A stretch of DNA of 55,409 nt, counting the filler, from Jimgerdemannia flammicorona (lineage: Eukaryota), in NCBI GenBank assembly GCA_003990765.1. It is 3 parts of 3 records of this genome, joined end to end, with 100 filler letters (N's around TTAATTAATTAA, not from the genome) between each part and the next. Parts side by side here need not be neighbours in the genome. Positions count along the whole stretch, not along the records: positions 18,510 to 36,918 come from RBNJ01002219.1; 2 more parts are not named here. The stretch is one strand, 5' to 3'. The notes under the pieces were generated by a model. It did not search any database and had not been told where the DNA came from. It saw nothing but the letters and a program-made list of their open reading frames with translations. Below are positions 23,430-34,500 of this stretch, piece after piece; within the stretch, counting starts at the first letter, position 1; each line of letters opens with the position of its first letter. Both the position numbers and the translations under genes were made by a program.

Positions 23430-24298
23430 GCAACCCTCATCTCTCTCTCTAAAGAAAAGATAAGACAAGAATATCTGCTACTTACTGCCAAATAGTCTGC
23501 TATAGCCAGCTCCTTTCAAGTCAGATTGACTGCCTTTTCAGACACATTCAGATTTCTATTTAAGGAAGAAACTGCTACTTAGAGACCCTTAACCTCTCTA
23601 GCTAGAACTTAGAACAGTATGTCCTTGACTGCTGTAAACTTATAGAAAGGACCTATCTTGCTACCAGCTACCTAGAAATCTGGTATGAATACAAAATTGG
23701 TCATCAACTTCTTTAACATGCAAATGATCTACTCACTGATCAGGTCTCAGACTAGACCAACCTAAATAGGTATAAGTAAAGACTAGCCAAGAAGGTCTAT
23801 CAAATTATATGCCATATACTCTTTGCAATCTCCAATCTCAACTATATATAACTAAAGGACTTTTAAAACCTTTTCTTCCCTAAGGTTGATGAACTGGAAA
23901 TCAAGATTGCCTAAGAAGTCAACTTTTAGATTACTCTCAAATCCACTAACTACAAACCCCACTAGAGCTCCCTCTTGAATAATAACTCAGACCAATGGCT
24001 CTAAGGCCTCTCTGATCTCTTCGAAAGATTGCCCATTCAAATGGATATCCTCAGACATAAGGATCAAGAACTCTACTTAGATGGTCCCAACTATATTAGA
24101 TAGAGAACTCCTATCCCACTACCTATACCAGTTTAAGAACTATTTATAGATCTCATTAACTTCTCTATCCTAGATACCAAGTCATCAGCAACTATCTCTC
24201 CAACCACTGGTGGGGATAGTAATAACACTGAGAAGGATTCCCCACCTTTCTCTCCCCTCATTCTCAATTTCCAAATCAATAAGAATGTTGATTTTTAA
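23430..24298 (+). pseudogene. Extra ORF of Gypsy B between pol and PPT, homologous to the LTR-A accessory protein
   Basis: One frame 23606-24298: NLEQYVLDCCKLIERTYLATSYLEIWYEYKIGHQLL*...RLAKKVYQII...ISNL...NLFFPKVDEL. All stops are TAA/TAG, consistent with transitions. TATAAATA at ~23403. Start not resolved. Confidence 0.7.
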
Positions 24299-24309
24299 GG
24301 AGAGAAGAA

Positions 24310-25072
24310 TATAATAGAATGAGTGAACAGATGAGACATAATATATGATGAGTGATTATGTGACCCAGTAATGATGTCACCATAAATTGAGTATAACATA
24401 TGATATATAAATATAATAAATAATATGAATAATGTGAAAAATAATATCCAGCTTATTCTCAACAATTAGTACTACAGTAACAAGTACTGCAGTAACTCTA
24501 ATCATTGTCTAACAATTGAGGTCCTGATAATAAAGTATATTTGATTACAAACCACCTGATAAAAGTTGTGATTACAAATCTCACTATAGTTATCAAATTA
24601 GTTACTTATACTTAGTCAGAAATTACAGATCAACTTATATAAATACTCCTCAGTTTCTATCTAAAATAAAGTAGTTTTAGTTCAGTCCTTGATACAAGAA
24701 TCAAGTCTCTCTCTACATATATACATTCTCCTGAGTCTTAGTAATGACATCTAACTGACTCTAATATTTCTGACTAAACTTCAGAAGCCTAGCTAACTTC
24801 TACCAGAACTAAGACTAGTATATAAATTACAAAGACTTAAGTAAATCCATTGAACCTGAATTCCAAGGTGAATTCAGTCTATATATAGTAAAGAACAAGT
24901 CTCTTACAACTAAGGTTGATAAGAAGGATACTGCTACTATAACTACTTTCAAGTAAGTACTTTCTTAAACTGAAGACTTCTTGATATATATTGTGTATCA
25001 AGTCTCTAAGTAATATCTTGTTTCTCTAATTATCCAAAGAATAAGAGAGGGATAGAAATAAGAGTTATTACA
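24310..25072 (+). repeat. 3' LTR of Gypsy B
   Basis: Follows the PPT. TATAATA (decayed TGTAATA)...TATTACA. Inverted homologue at 25949-26721. Confidence 0.88.
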
Positions 25073-26776
25073 ATATTATAGAGGCCTGGCTGGCCATGGG
25101 ATTAGCAGAGCTAGAGATGAGTAAGAGTGAGGATTTAAAGCAAAGATGGTGGCAATTAGAAGACCTTTAAGTTGGTGGCCACTAGTTGGCAGTATACTTT
25201 CTGTCTGAGACAATAGAATGGATCAGGTCTGGCCCCCTTGAGAGATAGTCAGTAGGTTGGCAGAAGACTGGATTTAGTGAAGACTAGGAATAAGGACAGG
25301 TCTGGAGCTAGGGGACTTCCTTGCTTAAGATTGTAATGCCTAAGTATTGAGTAGTATGGTGGTGATTCTTGAGGAGAAATGTGATACTAGGTTACTGGAT
25401 AAGATAGATAGAGGTAGAAGGTAGTCAGAAATATAAATAGTGTAGTGAGGTAGATAGAGGGGTGATTAGACACCAGAGTATATCCTGGCAGTCTGTCCTG
25501 GTGTAGAGGGGTATTAATAGATATTGGAGGATTATTAGAGCTCTGAGAGTAGATAGACAGGAGATTCCACTAGTCTGGTAGTCAAACTGTAGCTAGTGGA
25601 AGAGACTGGTAATATTTAGGGTAGTCTGGGTTGAGTTCTGAGAGTCTGGATCCTGATGGCAGTACATTGGTAATGGGTGTTTGAGTAGGATTTATAGATA
25701 GAAATTAGTTAATTGATTGAGCAGTGGAGGTGACTTCTCCAGAAAGTAGTGTAAGAGTGGTAGTATCAGAGGAAGTAATATCAGCTGAGAGCTATGAGGA
25801 AGATACAGGACATTGTACAGAGGAGCCAAGGTCATCTGGTACTGGATGGTCAGAGGGTTCAGTAGAAGGAGAGTATTGGCTAATAGATCTTTTATTTGTA
25901 TATTATCATTATAGCCATTAATATATAGGGTTTGTTATTGTATTAGATTGTAATAACTCTTATTTCTATCCCTCTCTTGTCCTTTTGATACTTAGGGAAA
26001 TAAGGTATTACTTAGGGACTTAATATACAATATATACCAAGAAGTCTTCAGTTTGAAGAAGTGCTCACGAAAGTAGTTATAGTAGTATCCTTCTATCAAT
26101 CTTGGTTATAAGGGACTTGTTCTTTGCTGTGTACAGACTGAATTTGCCTTGGAATTCAAGTTCAATGGGTTTACTTAAGTCTTTTGTGATTTATATACTA
26201 GTCTCAGTTTGGGCAGAAGTTAACTAGGCTTCTAGAGTTTAGTCAGAAATACTAGAGTCACTTAGATGTCATTACTAAGACTCAGGGAAATGTGTGTGTG
26301 TGGAGGGAGACTTGATTCTTGTATCAAGGACTGAACTAAAACTGCTTTATTTCAGATAGAAACTGAGGAGTATTTATACAAGTTGATCTGTGATTTCTGA
26401 CTAAGTATAAGGGACTAATTTGGTAACTATAGTGAGGTTTGTGATTGCAACTTTTGTCAGGTGGTTTGTAGCAAAAAACACTTTGTGATTAGGACCTCAA
26501 TTGCTAGGCAATTATCAGCATTGCTAGGCAATTATCAGCATTGCTGTGGTGCTGGTTGCTGTAGTGCCGATTGCTGGGGATAAGCTGGATATCGTTTATT
26601 CGCATCGTTCGTATCGTTCGTATCGTTCGTTACGTTCATATATCGTATGTCGCGCTCGATCGTGACGTCATCGCCGGGTCACGTGATCTCTCGTCGCGTC
26701 TCATCTGTTCGCTCTATTACATAGATATTCTTAGGTAATAAAGGAGTCCAAGTAACTATAAAAAAAAAAAAAAAAA
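25073..26776 (+). mobile_element. Decayed LINE 3' end (ORF2 C-terminus, 3' UTR, poly(A)), interrupted by solo LTR B
   Basis: MPKY*VVWW*FLRRNV and TPEYILAVCPGVEGY match LINE ORF2 at 36270-36460. Tail ggtaataaaggagtccaagtaactat(A)n matches 36887-36918. Confidence 0.75.
25949..26721 (-). mobile_element. Solo LTR of family B
   Basis: TGTAATA...TATTACA termini. 5-bp TSD TAGAT at 25944-25948 and 26722-26726. Confidence 0.92.
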
Positions 26777-27545
26777 GGTAGTGGACTGGTATGAGGTGTA
26801 CTCTGGAGCAAAACTCAACTAGCATAAGTATGAGACAATGGTGCTTGGAAATGATCTGGTGGGTAGGGACATCATTGGAACAATTGTCTCTACTGGTGAA
26901 TCTTGGCATCTTCCTCTCAGTATATGGATCTGTCCTGCCTCAAGCTTGGTGAGAGCAGAGGGGGGGTCACTACATCTTCCTGGCAGGCCAGGTGTCAATT
27001 CTGAATGTTTACTAGTTTCCTAAACTATGATATGTAGTATATCATTTAGATTTCCTAGCTTAGATGGTGGCTAGGTTGTTGAAGCTTGCTAAGGACTGGA
27101 TCTGGGCTGGGAGGTAATCTCAGATCAGTTGGAATATTCTGTCATTACCAGTGAACTGAGGGGGGCTGGAGCTGATAGACTTCTCTAGATAGCTATACTG
27201 TCTGAGAGTATGGTGATTGAAATTGGCTGTTGAACTATAAGGGGGTAGATGGGTGCCTCTGTTGCAGAAGGTCTGGGAGATGAGATACCCCCCCAGGGGG
27301 TCCTCAGGAGACCTGCTGTCCTTGGTGGGTCTGGGTAGCAGCAGATAGTTACATTATAAGGGTTTCTGGTAGAGAGTAGTGGATGGTGCACACTGTATAG
27401 ATCTATGCTAGCATAGCAATGAAGGAGAGATTCAGTGAGGACCAGCAATGTGGAGATGGGATAGGCTGTTACTGGAGGGTTGATTTTGACATTGGGGAAG
27501 GAGTGGAGTATCAATGGGAATTGAGGCAGGATCTATCCCATCCTG
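26777..27545 (+). mobile_element. Decayed LINE ORF2 fragment (post-RT region)
   Basis: Colinear with 35365-36185 (KYETMVL..., IGTIV.TGE, ILNVY..PKL..., GGL.L.DF). Confidence 0.85.
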
Positions 27546-27614
27546 CCTGGGTCTTTAGTAATCACCAGCCAACCTAATATGAGCAATACTTGCAAACTTG
27601 AAGACCTGCACAAG

Positions 27615-27770
27615 GTCACCCCTGTGAGTATCTTCACCTTGACATAGCTCTTCTCCACTGCCCAATGTAATGGTGTCAATTCTCTATAGTTCTTTGTGTT
27701 CACATCTGCCCCAAACTTGGGCACAAGCAACCTCACCACCTCATCATTTCTATCACTGTTCTGCACTATG
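27615..27770 (-). pseudogene. Ankyrin-repeat fragment
   Basis: EVVRLLVPKFGADVNTKNYRELTPLHWAVEKSYV. Confidence 0.7.
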
Positions 27771-28577
27771 TCATCGTTCATTGCTATTCTGCACTTAGTT
27801 ATCATCACCATTCTGCACTGTAGTTATCATCATCATTCTGCGCTTAGTCTTCATTGTGTGCTTAGTCATCTATCATCATCATTCTGCATTTAGACCTCCG
27901 TCATCCGTCGTCCATTGTCGTCGTCATCGTTTGGTCTCAGTTCATCGTCATTCTGTGCTCTGGACTCAGTCGTCGTTTATCACCATTTGGTGTTTAGTTG
28001 GCCGTCATCCATCATCCATTGTCATCATCTGTTGTCCATCATCCATCATCCACCATCCATCTTCTAACTCATTATTAGAAAATTAGCTTTAGTATCAAAT
28101 ATTTTATTATTATATAATAATAAAAAGAGAATTAAGACACATCTCTAGGCGAGCTAAATCCGGAGACACATGCATCGGGAATATTAGCATCTACATCCCT
28201 ACGCATCTAGGAACATCTGCATCGGGGCATCGGATATCTGCATTTAAGACATCTGCATCGGGGCCATCGTGCATCCCGACTGACACTCTATGTGACATCT
28301 GGCATCTAGGACATCTGCGACATCTGAGATTGCATTGTCATACTCCAGATGTCCAAAAAATTTTCATGAAAGGATCATACGTAAATCTTGCCAAGTAGTA
28401 TGATCAAAGGTGTTTCTAGAGAGTAGAATATTTTGGTCTTTAGGATTTATTTGCACTACCGCTACGTTTCGCAATGACACTAGCCCTAAGTATTTATATT
28501 AATATATGAAGGACGATTAACCGTATTTTTTACAGGTTGATTATGCTAAAAGCTTTCAACTTGTATTTATATCTCTA

Positions 28578-30732
28578 TCATTCAATTTTTGTTGACTGCA
28601 GCAATTCATGAGTCGACAAGCACCGAGGTCGTTGACTAGGTATCCCTTCAGAACTTCCCAGTGGTGTTTCGGTGAGGCGTTTTTTGGGCAGAGAGGACAA
28701 ATCGCTAGCGATAGACGTGAATTGTTTATGCCAGTATTCATAATCTGGGATCGCGGCAATGTCGAGATCGTAGACGTAGCGAAAAAACTCCTCGAATACA
28801 TGCGGAAGACTGTCAAAGAGACAGAGGATATTAGAAATTTCTTCTTTTTCATGCAAGGCCTTGAACGGGTCTTGAGCAGCGGCGCGCCAATATTCCTTGT
28901 TCCGATTGTGCATGAAAGCGACGGTATAACAAAGTGCCTCTAGGTCGTCTCCAGCCCCAAGATATTTGCCCCGATTGTGAGATGAGTAAATGATATGGCC
29001 CATTGGCCAGTCGATAGGAGCAGCGTCTCTCTTGTCGCATCGCGGAACCGCAAGGCCAAAATCGATCAATTGGAATTTGTCTCCGACTTTCATGATGTTG
29101 CCGGGGTTGATGTCATTGTGGATGTAGTGGTGGTCATGAAGGTCTTTCAGAACTTCGAGGATGCCGATTATAATGTTGCAGGCAATCGGTGCATCAATCT
29201 TAGTGACTTTTCGGCCGACCATGCTAGTGACAATGTAGGGGGTCACACCATCGAAGTCTTTGTGTAGCAACCTCGGAATGCCCTTGACCTCGTTGAGTTT
29301 CTTCAATGTTTCCGCTTCACGTCGCAGAGGATCATGATGGAAGCTGTACTTGATGGCGACTTGTACATTGTCCGTAGTGAGTCCTTCGAAGACTACGGTA
29401 TCTGACCCGGTGCCCAAAGGTCGACGCGCTTCTATGTCGCCAATATTGGTTGTCACAATCGGAAGGCGCGATGGAGTAAGCTTTTTTGCCCATTTCACGA
29501 CCATGTCATACAAAATCTTGTCTCTGACGCAAGGATCCAAAAAAAAGTCTGGTGGACGAGTGACTGGGTTCATTGCTGAAATATCTTTGCTTGCACCAAG
29601 GTTCCCAAAATCTCCAGGAGAAGCATTGGCACGAAAAATGTTAGCTTTTTTGAAAGTCTTGAAAACACGCCCTAGGATCTCCACGGTGTTCGGACTCCAG
29701 TCATAATCCTGTGTCAGACCGCCTTCCATCTCTTGACCACAATGTGCATACCACAACCTGTACTTCCTGGCATCGGTGATGATTGATACGTATTTGCTAC
29801 TGCGGTTCAAATCATTTTCGAAGTATTTGACAGAATACCCATGGCACTGGACAAGCGCAGTGCTCAAATGGGTGGGCTGCCAGGATGGTTTGTCCTCGAA
29901 TGCCCAGCATTTTGTGAAGTCGATGCTGGAACATTCAACGTTGCAGGAATGACTCCATTCTGTATGCGTAAGATAGTGATCTGCGAAATTTTCATCATAC
30001 TGACCGCCATGCCGGTTATCCCAGTTCACAGTCAGTTGAAAAATTTTAGCCAATTTCTCGCACATGCCCTGGACCCATGGTTGCACTTCCTCAATTTCCT
30101 TTCTCCATGCAGAATGGGGTCTCGCTATTTCGTTGTAGATTTTTCTGACCTGGCGGGTTTCCCTGTTGGTCAGCACTTCCAGAAATGAGAGATCCGACTT
30201 GAGGAATCGAAAATTTCTATGATCTTTAATGCGATTGGCAATGACGGACGTCGACCTTGAGGTGAAAAGATTTTCGAACGCGGTAGAAACCGCTAAAGAA
30301 TATGAGATCGATAGATGGATAAGCAGATGGATCGAGCAACACTTGCACATATGGGGAAAAGTACAATCATTACGCACGGGTGGGTGGTTGGACGATGATA
30401 TGAATGTGCATATCAAATGGTTGAGTGTTAAAGTAGTATGAGATACGCCGCGCCGCCAGTAACTTTGTGCCGTTCAGATAATTCTCGACATCGATGTTGA
30501 TAGCGGTGACATTGTCCTTCAAAGCTGTGAACTTATCATTAGGCACGTCGAGAGGGATGTCGACTTTCCAGAGATCGATCATGTCTGCTTCGGTTTGGGC
30601 AAACGTTAAAAACTTCTTTCCCTTGATTGCTTCCTTGAGATCGCTAGCGAGCAGATTCTTGTCAATTGTGATTGTGAAGGTTTGGTCGGGATCCCCACCG
30701 AGGACGAGACAGTTGAGTTTGATGTCAGTCAT
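28578..30732 (-). CDS. Crinkler (CRN)-type protein: CRN ubiquitin-like N-domain, putative REase-fold domain, Ser/Thr kinase; 689 aa
   Basis: Exon 1 30378-30732 (IKLNCLVLG, LKEAIK, LWKV, HIHIIVQPP). 85-nt intron GTGCGT..TTAG at 30293-30377. Exon 2 28578-30292 has D..FEDK..IITDA, LGTGS, VAIK, HNDINPGN, DFG, DDLEAL. Spliced length 2070 nt, in frame. Confidence 0.9.
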
Positions 30733-31361
30733 GGCTAAAAAAAGAGGTTGAGTTGGTTAATCTCTCCATATACAGGTCGCCGTCTGCAAAATTACAATAT
30801 GGAGTGTGCAAAGCTAGACATTGTCGCCACCATAAGGTGCCTGAACTACTTTGATTCCTTCCTGAGGTTTTGTTTGAAAGACTTTTTGCTGAAATTATAG
30901 GACGTGATTTATATTGGGTGGCTCAAATGACAAATAGGGGCTCCCAAATCGGGCATAGATCACTAGGTCGAATGGATGGAAAGATGACGCTTTTATTCTT
31001 TTATTCTCTCTCATATAATTAGATTGTGAGATACCTAAGAGTCCCTGCATCACTAGGACTCAAGATTTCGTGATGATTGTCTTTCATCAGATTACCGCCA
31101 GGGTGACGTAACGTCAGCTAACTATTATATTCCTTTTGATAAGAGCATGTTAAGTATATATATAGTTTATTTTTTTTCTTTAAAATTATCAAAGAAAATA
31201 ATGGCTATTTTCCTTTAATATGAAAGTGAATTATATTCTTATTGATGACAATACAGTTATAATGCAAAAAGCAAAGAAAATGTTCCCTGAGAAATGTTTT
31301 ATTCTATCTAGTTATACTCTCAATAGATATATCAAAGCCCTGAATATTTATTATCTAGAAA

Positions 31362-31556
31362 TAGTGCTCTGCAAACCCGACCCGATTAACCCGAAACCTG
31401 ACCCGTAAAACAGCCAACCCAGAATTAGACGTCACCCGTCTTTAACCCAACCCGGAATTATATGTCACCCGTCTTTAACCCAACCCGGAATTATACATCA
31501 CCCATCTTTAACCCGACCCAGAATTGTACGTCACCCGTCTTTAACCTGACCCGGAA
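31362..31556 (+). repeat. About 4 copies of a 33-bp repeat after a TAGTGCTCTG end; possible DNA-transposon subterminal region
   Basis: gtcacccgtctttaacccaacccggaattatat at 31431, 31464, 31497 and 31530. Confidence 0.7.
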
Positions 31557-31568
31557 AGATACATTACC

Positions 31569-34500
31569 CCTGGCAGATGGTGTAATGGGACTGGCGGTGG
31601 CGCCATTACTCAAGAAGTCGATCTCGGCATTTGCAGTCATGCTGTGCCACTGGGGCTTAGCAGTGACGACAAAAATGGTGTTGGGGCTTATCACTAAGCA
31701 GGTGGCAGGAGTGGCTTTAGTGAAGTTTCTGAAGGGACTGGAGGGGATGGAGGTGGGATTTGAGGAGGTTGAACCACTAGAGGAGGCACTGAAGGTTGAG
31801 TTAGTGTTTGGGGAGGTGTGTGTTCCGATAGCGAGGTATTTGAAATGAGATCTGAGGGTGGTCCAACTGCTGGTAAAAGGAGTACCTATGGTGATGGCGA
31901 TGGAGATGAGGAAGAGAGTGGAGGATGTCATGGTGGAGTATAGAGAGGTGGTGGATATCAGATTCAGGGTCTGGGAAGGGACCACGCTCAGGACTGGGGA
32001 TGTAGATGTGAGGATTCGGCTAGCTGGGAAAGAGGCTACCAGGAAGATGAGAGACTGGCCTTTGGTGTTAGTCTGGGGAGCTTTTCTGTGCAAGGTGATG
32101 CAGGTGAAAGGAAGTGAAGAGGAGGAAGATTTATTGGAAGCGCTGGAGGAGCTGGATGGGACTGTGGAACAGCGAGCTAAGGCCTAGAAGACTTTCAAGG
32201 AGTCAATGCACCTGGAGGTGGTGGATGGAAAGAGGATTCGAGTGGACAAGGTGCAGTGGGAAAGGGCTCAGGGATGGAAGAGGCAGAAGGATCTGCTGGC
32301 TAAACTGAGGGGTGGACCACAGAAGGATGTGAGCATGAAGACAGGTGCAGAAGGGGCCAGAGTGAGTATCTGGGCTGGTGAGAGGAGTGGGAACAATGGG
32401 GCAAAGTCAGGGAAGGCTAAGGAGGTGAAGATTAGCGACCTATATGCTGACGGCACCTTGGAGGTTTGGGAGGAAGTCTGGGAGAATTCCCCCACCCCTT
32501 CCCCTCTTATCAGGTATGGCCCAGCTTCCAGGAACAAGTCTGGGGAGGATGTGACGATGCTGGGGACCCAGCAGGTGAAATTTAGCATTCCGGATGTATT
32601 GGATAGAGACTGAGTAGTGGCGGCAGGGGAGGAGGAACTAGTGGATGTCCCAGAGGTGTAGGATGAGGATGCAAGTGCAGGAGCTGACACCATAATGCTG
32701 GATGGAGAGAGGCTGGTGACCCCTGGTGGAAAGGAGGTGGGGAACCTACTTTGGATATGCTGGATGATGAATAACCTGGCAGAGAAGAGCTGGGGAAGGT
32801 GGACTTGCGGGGGATGAGTGACGAGTACTGGACGAGAATTTTGCAGGGGGAAGGAGTGGCAATGGCACTGAAGGCGGAAATTCTTACGGTGTATCTGGAG
32901 GAGGAAGGGTATGAGGTGGATAAGGAGAGGGAGGCAGAGTTGGCGGTGGTCGCTGGGGAGAAGACTGAGTACTGTTGGAACAGGCATCATGGGTTGCAGC
33001 TTTGACAGGAGGCTTGCATCGAGTACTGAGAGGAGTTTGAGGAGAAGGCTGATGAGGAGATGAATGAGCTATTGGCTGGACTGGAGGCTCAGAGGGCTGA
33101 AGAGGAGGAGGTGATGGCTGAATGTAATCTGGACATGGCACAGGAGGAGAGGGACATGGAGCAGTAGGGATTGATTGAGAACAAACCATATTTTACTATG
33201 AACAGTACAACCAACATTTTTTCTTTGAACATGAATGGGCTGAGGGGCATGGTTCAACACAGGAACATTTTTATTTGGTTAAAGGGATTGGAGGCCAATC
33301 TCTTTCTCTTGCAGGATGTCAGGTATAAGGATGATGCTGATAGGTTAGAATAGACTAAGGAATGGGGTGGTATGGTGATTTGGAATAGCAAGGTCAGAAT
33401 TCTGGTTCGGAAAGGCAGAGGGGAGATAAAGGATGTGAGGAGCTGGGAGAAGAGACTGGTCTGGGGTGAGTGGATTCATGCAGGTTGGGAGCCAGTCACA
33501 GTTGGCTCCTATTACTGCCCTGCTGTGCGGGGGGAGCATGTGGATTAGATGAAAGGGCTTCCAGAGAGTGGGATCCTTGCTGAAGCTGGGTTGGATATAC
33601 TTGGAGGAGATTTCAATATAGTTTGGGATGTATGGCTGGATAGAACTGATGGAGGACAGGGTGCGGAGAGCAGGAGTGGGGGGTTAGCAATGTGGGAGGA
33701 GGTTGAAAGGCTAGGAGCACTGGTGGATGCTGGTAGGGAGCACTGGGGGGACAGGAAGATATATACGCATTGGGCTGGAGGTCTGGGGACAAGGATTGAC
33801 TGGATTCTGATGGCCGACTGTTGGGGCCATGATGTTTGGAAGGTGATAGAGGTAGAATGGTGTCCGTGGTCAGATCACTGGGGCCTCTTGGGACAGGGGT
33901 GTTTTGGGGGAAGTAGAGATGGGCCTGGACATTGGTGCCTAAATTCCTCCTTGTTGGATGATGAGGCCTGGTGAGAGGAGTGGGTGAAAGACATTCAGCT
34001 GAAGGTGGCAAATTGGCAGTAGGAAGGGGTCGCGATTGGGGTTTGGTGGAAGAGGATGAAAGAGATGGCCAGGATGTATTGGAGTGAGGCTGGCAGAGTG
34101 GCTGAGAAGCAGCGAAGGCAGAAAGTGCATTGGGCTTCTACTAGATTGGCTAGGCTCCTGGAGGAGTGGGTGAGACTGGCAGCAGTGGAGGGAGAAGAGG
34201 ATTGGAGAATAATGAGGGTGAGGATGGAGGTTGGGAAACTGCAACAGGTGCTGCGGGAAGAGAAAGAGTCAAGGGTGCAAGGCCTGGTGGCACGGCTTCA
34301 TTGGCAGGGGCTGGAGGAAGGGGAGAGGCCTTCCAAGTTTCTCACAAGGACACTTTGAGTGAGAAGGGTACAGCAGCGGTGGGAAGGGGTACTTGACTCG
34401 GATGATGTACTAGTGCATGGTATACAGGACATCCTTGAAACACTGAAGGCGTGATGGAGTGGATTGTGGAGTGAGGAGGAGGGTGGGGTGGATGCTACAG

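Larger units (their letters stand above)
18520..25072 (+). mobile_element. Ty3/Gypsy chromovirus 'B', 3' part (RT-RH-IN-CHD, extra ORF, PPT, 3' LTR), heavily decayed
   Basis: [50 protein letters not shown]; pol ends ~22845. PPT AAGGAGAGAAGAA at 24297-24309. Confidence 0.92.

Noticed and set aside
24310..26721. Long inverted repeats resembling a TIR/foldback transposon
   Set aside because: They are LTRs: one follows a PPT, the other has its own 5-bp TSD, and the spacer is LINE sequence.
31431..31556. 33-bp repeats as a CRISPR array
   Set aside because: Head-to-tail with no unique spacers, no cas genes, eukaryotic context.
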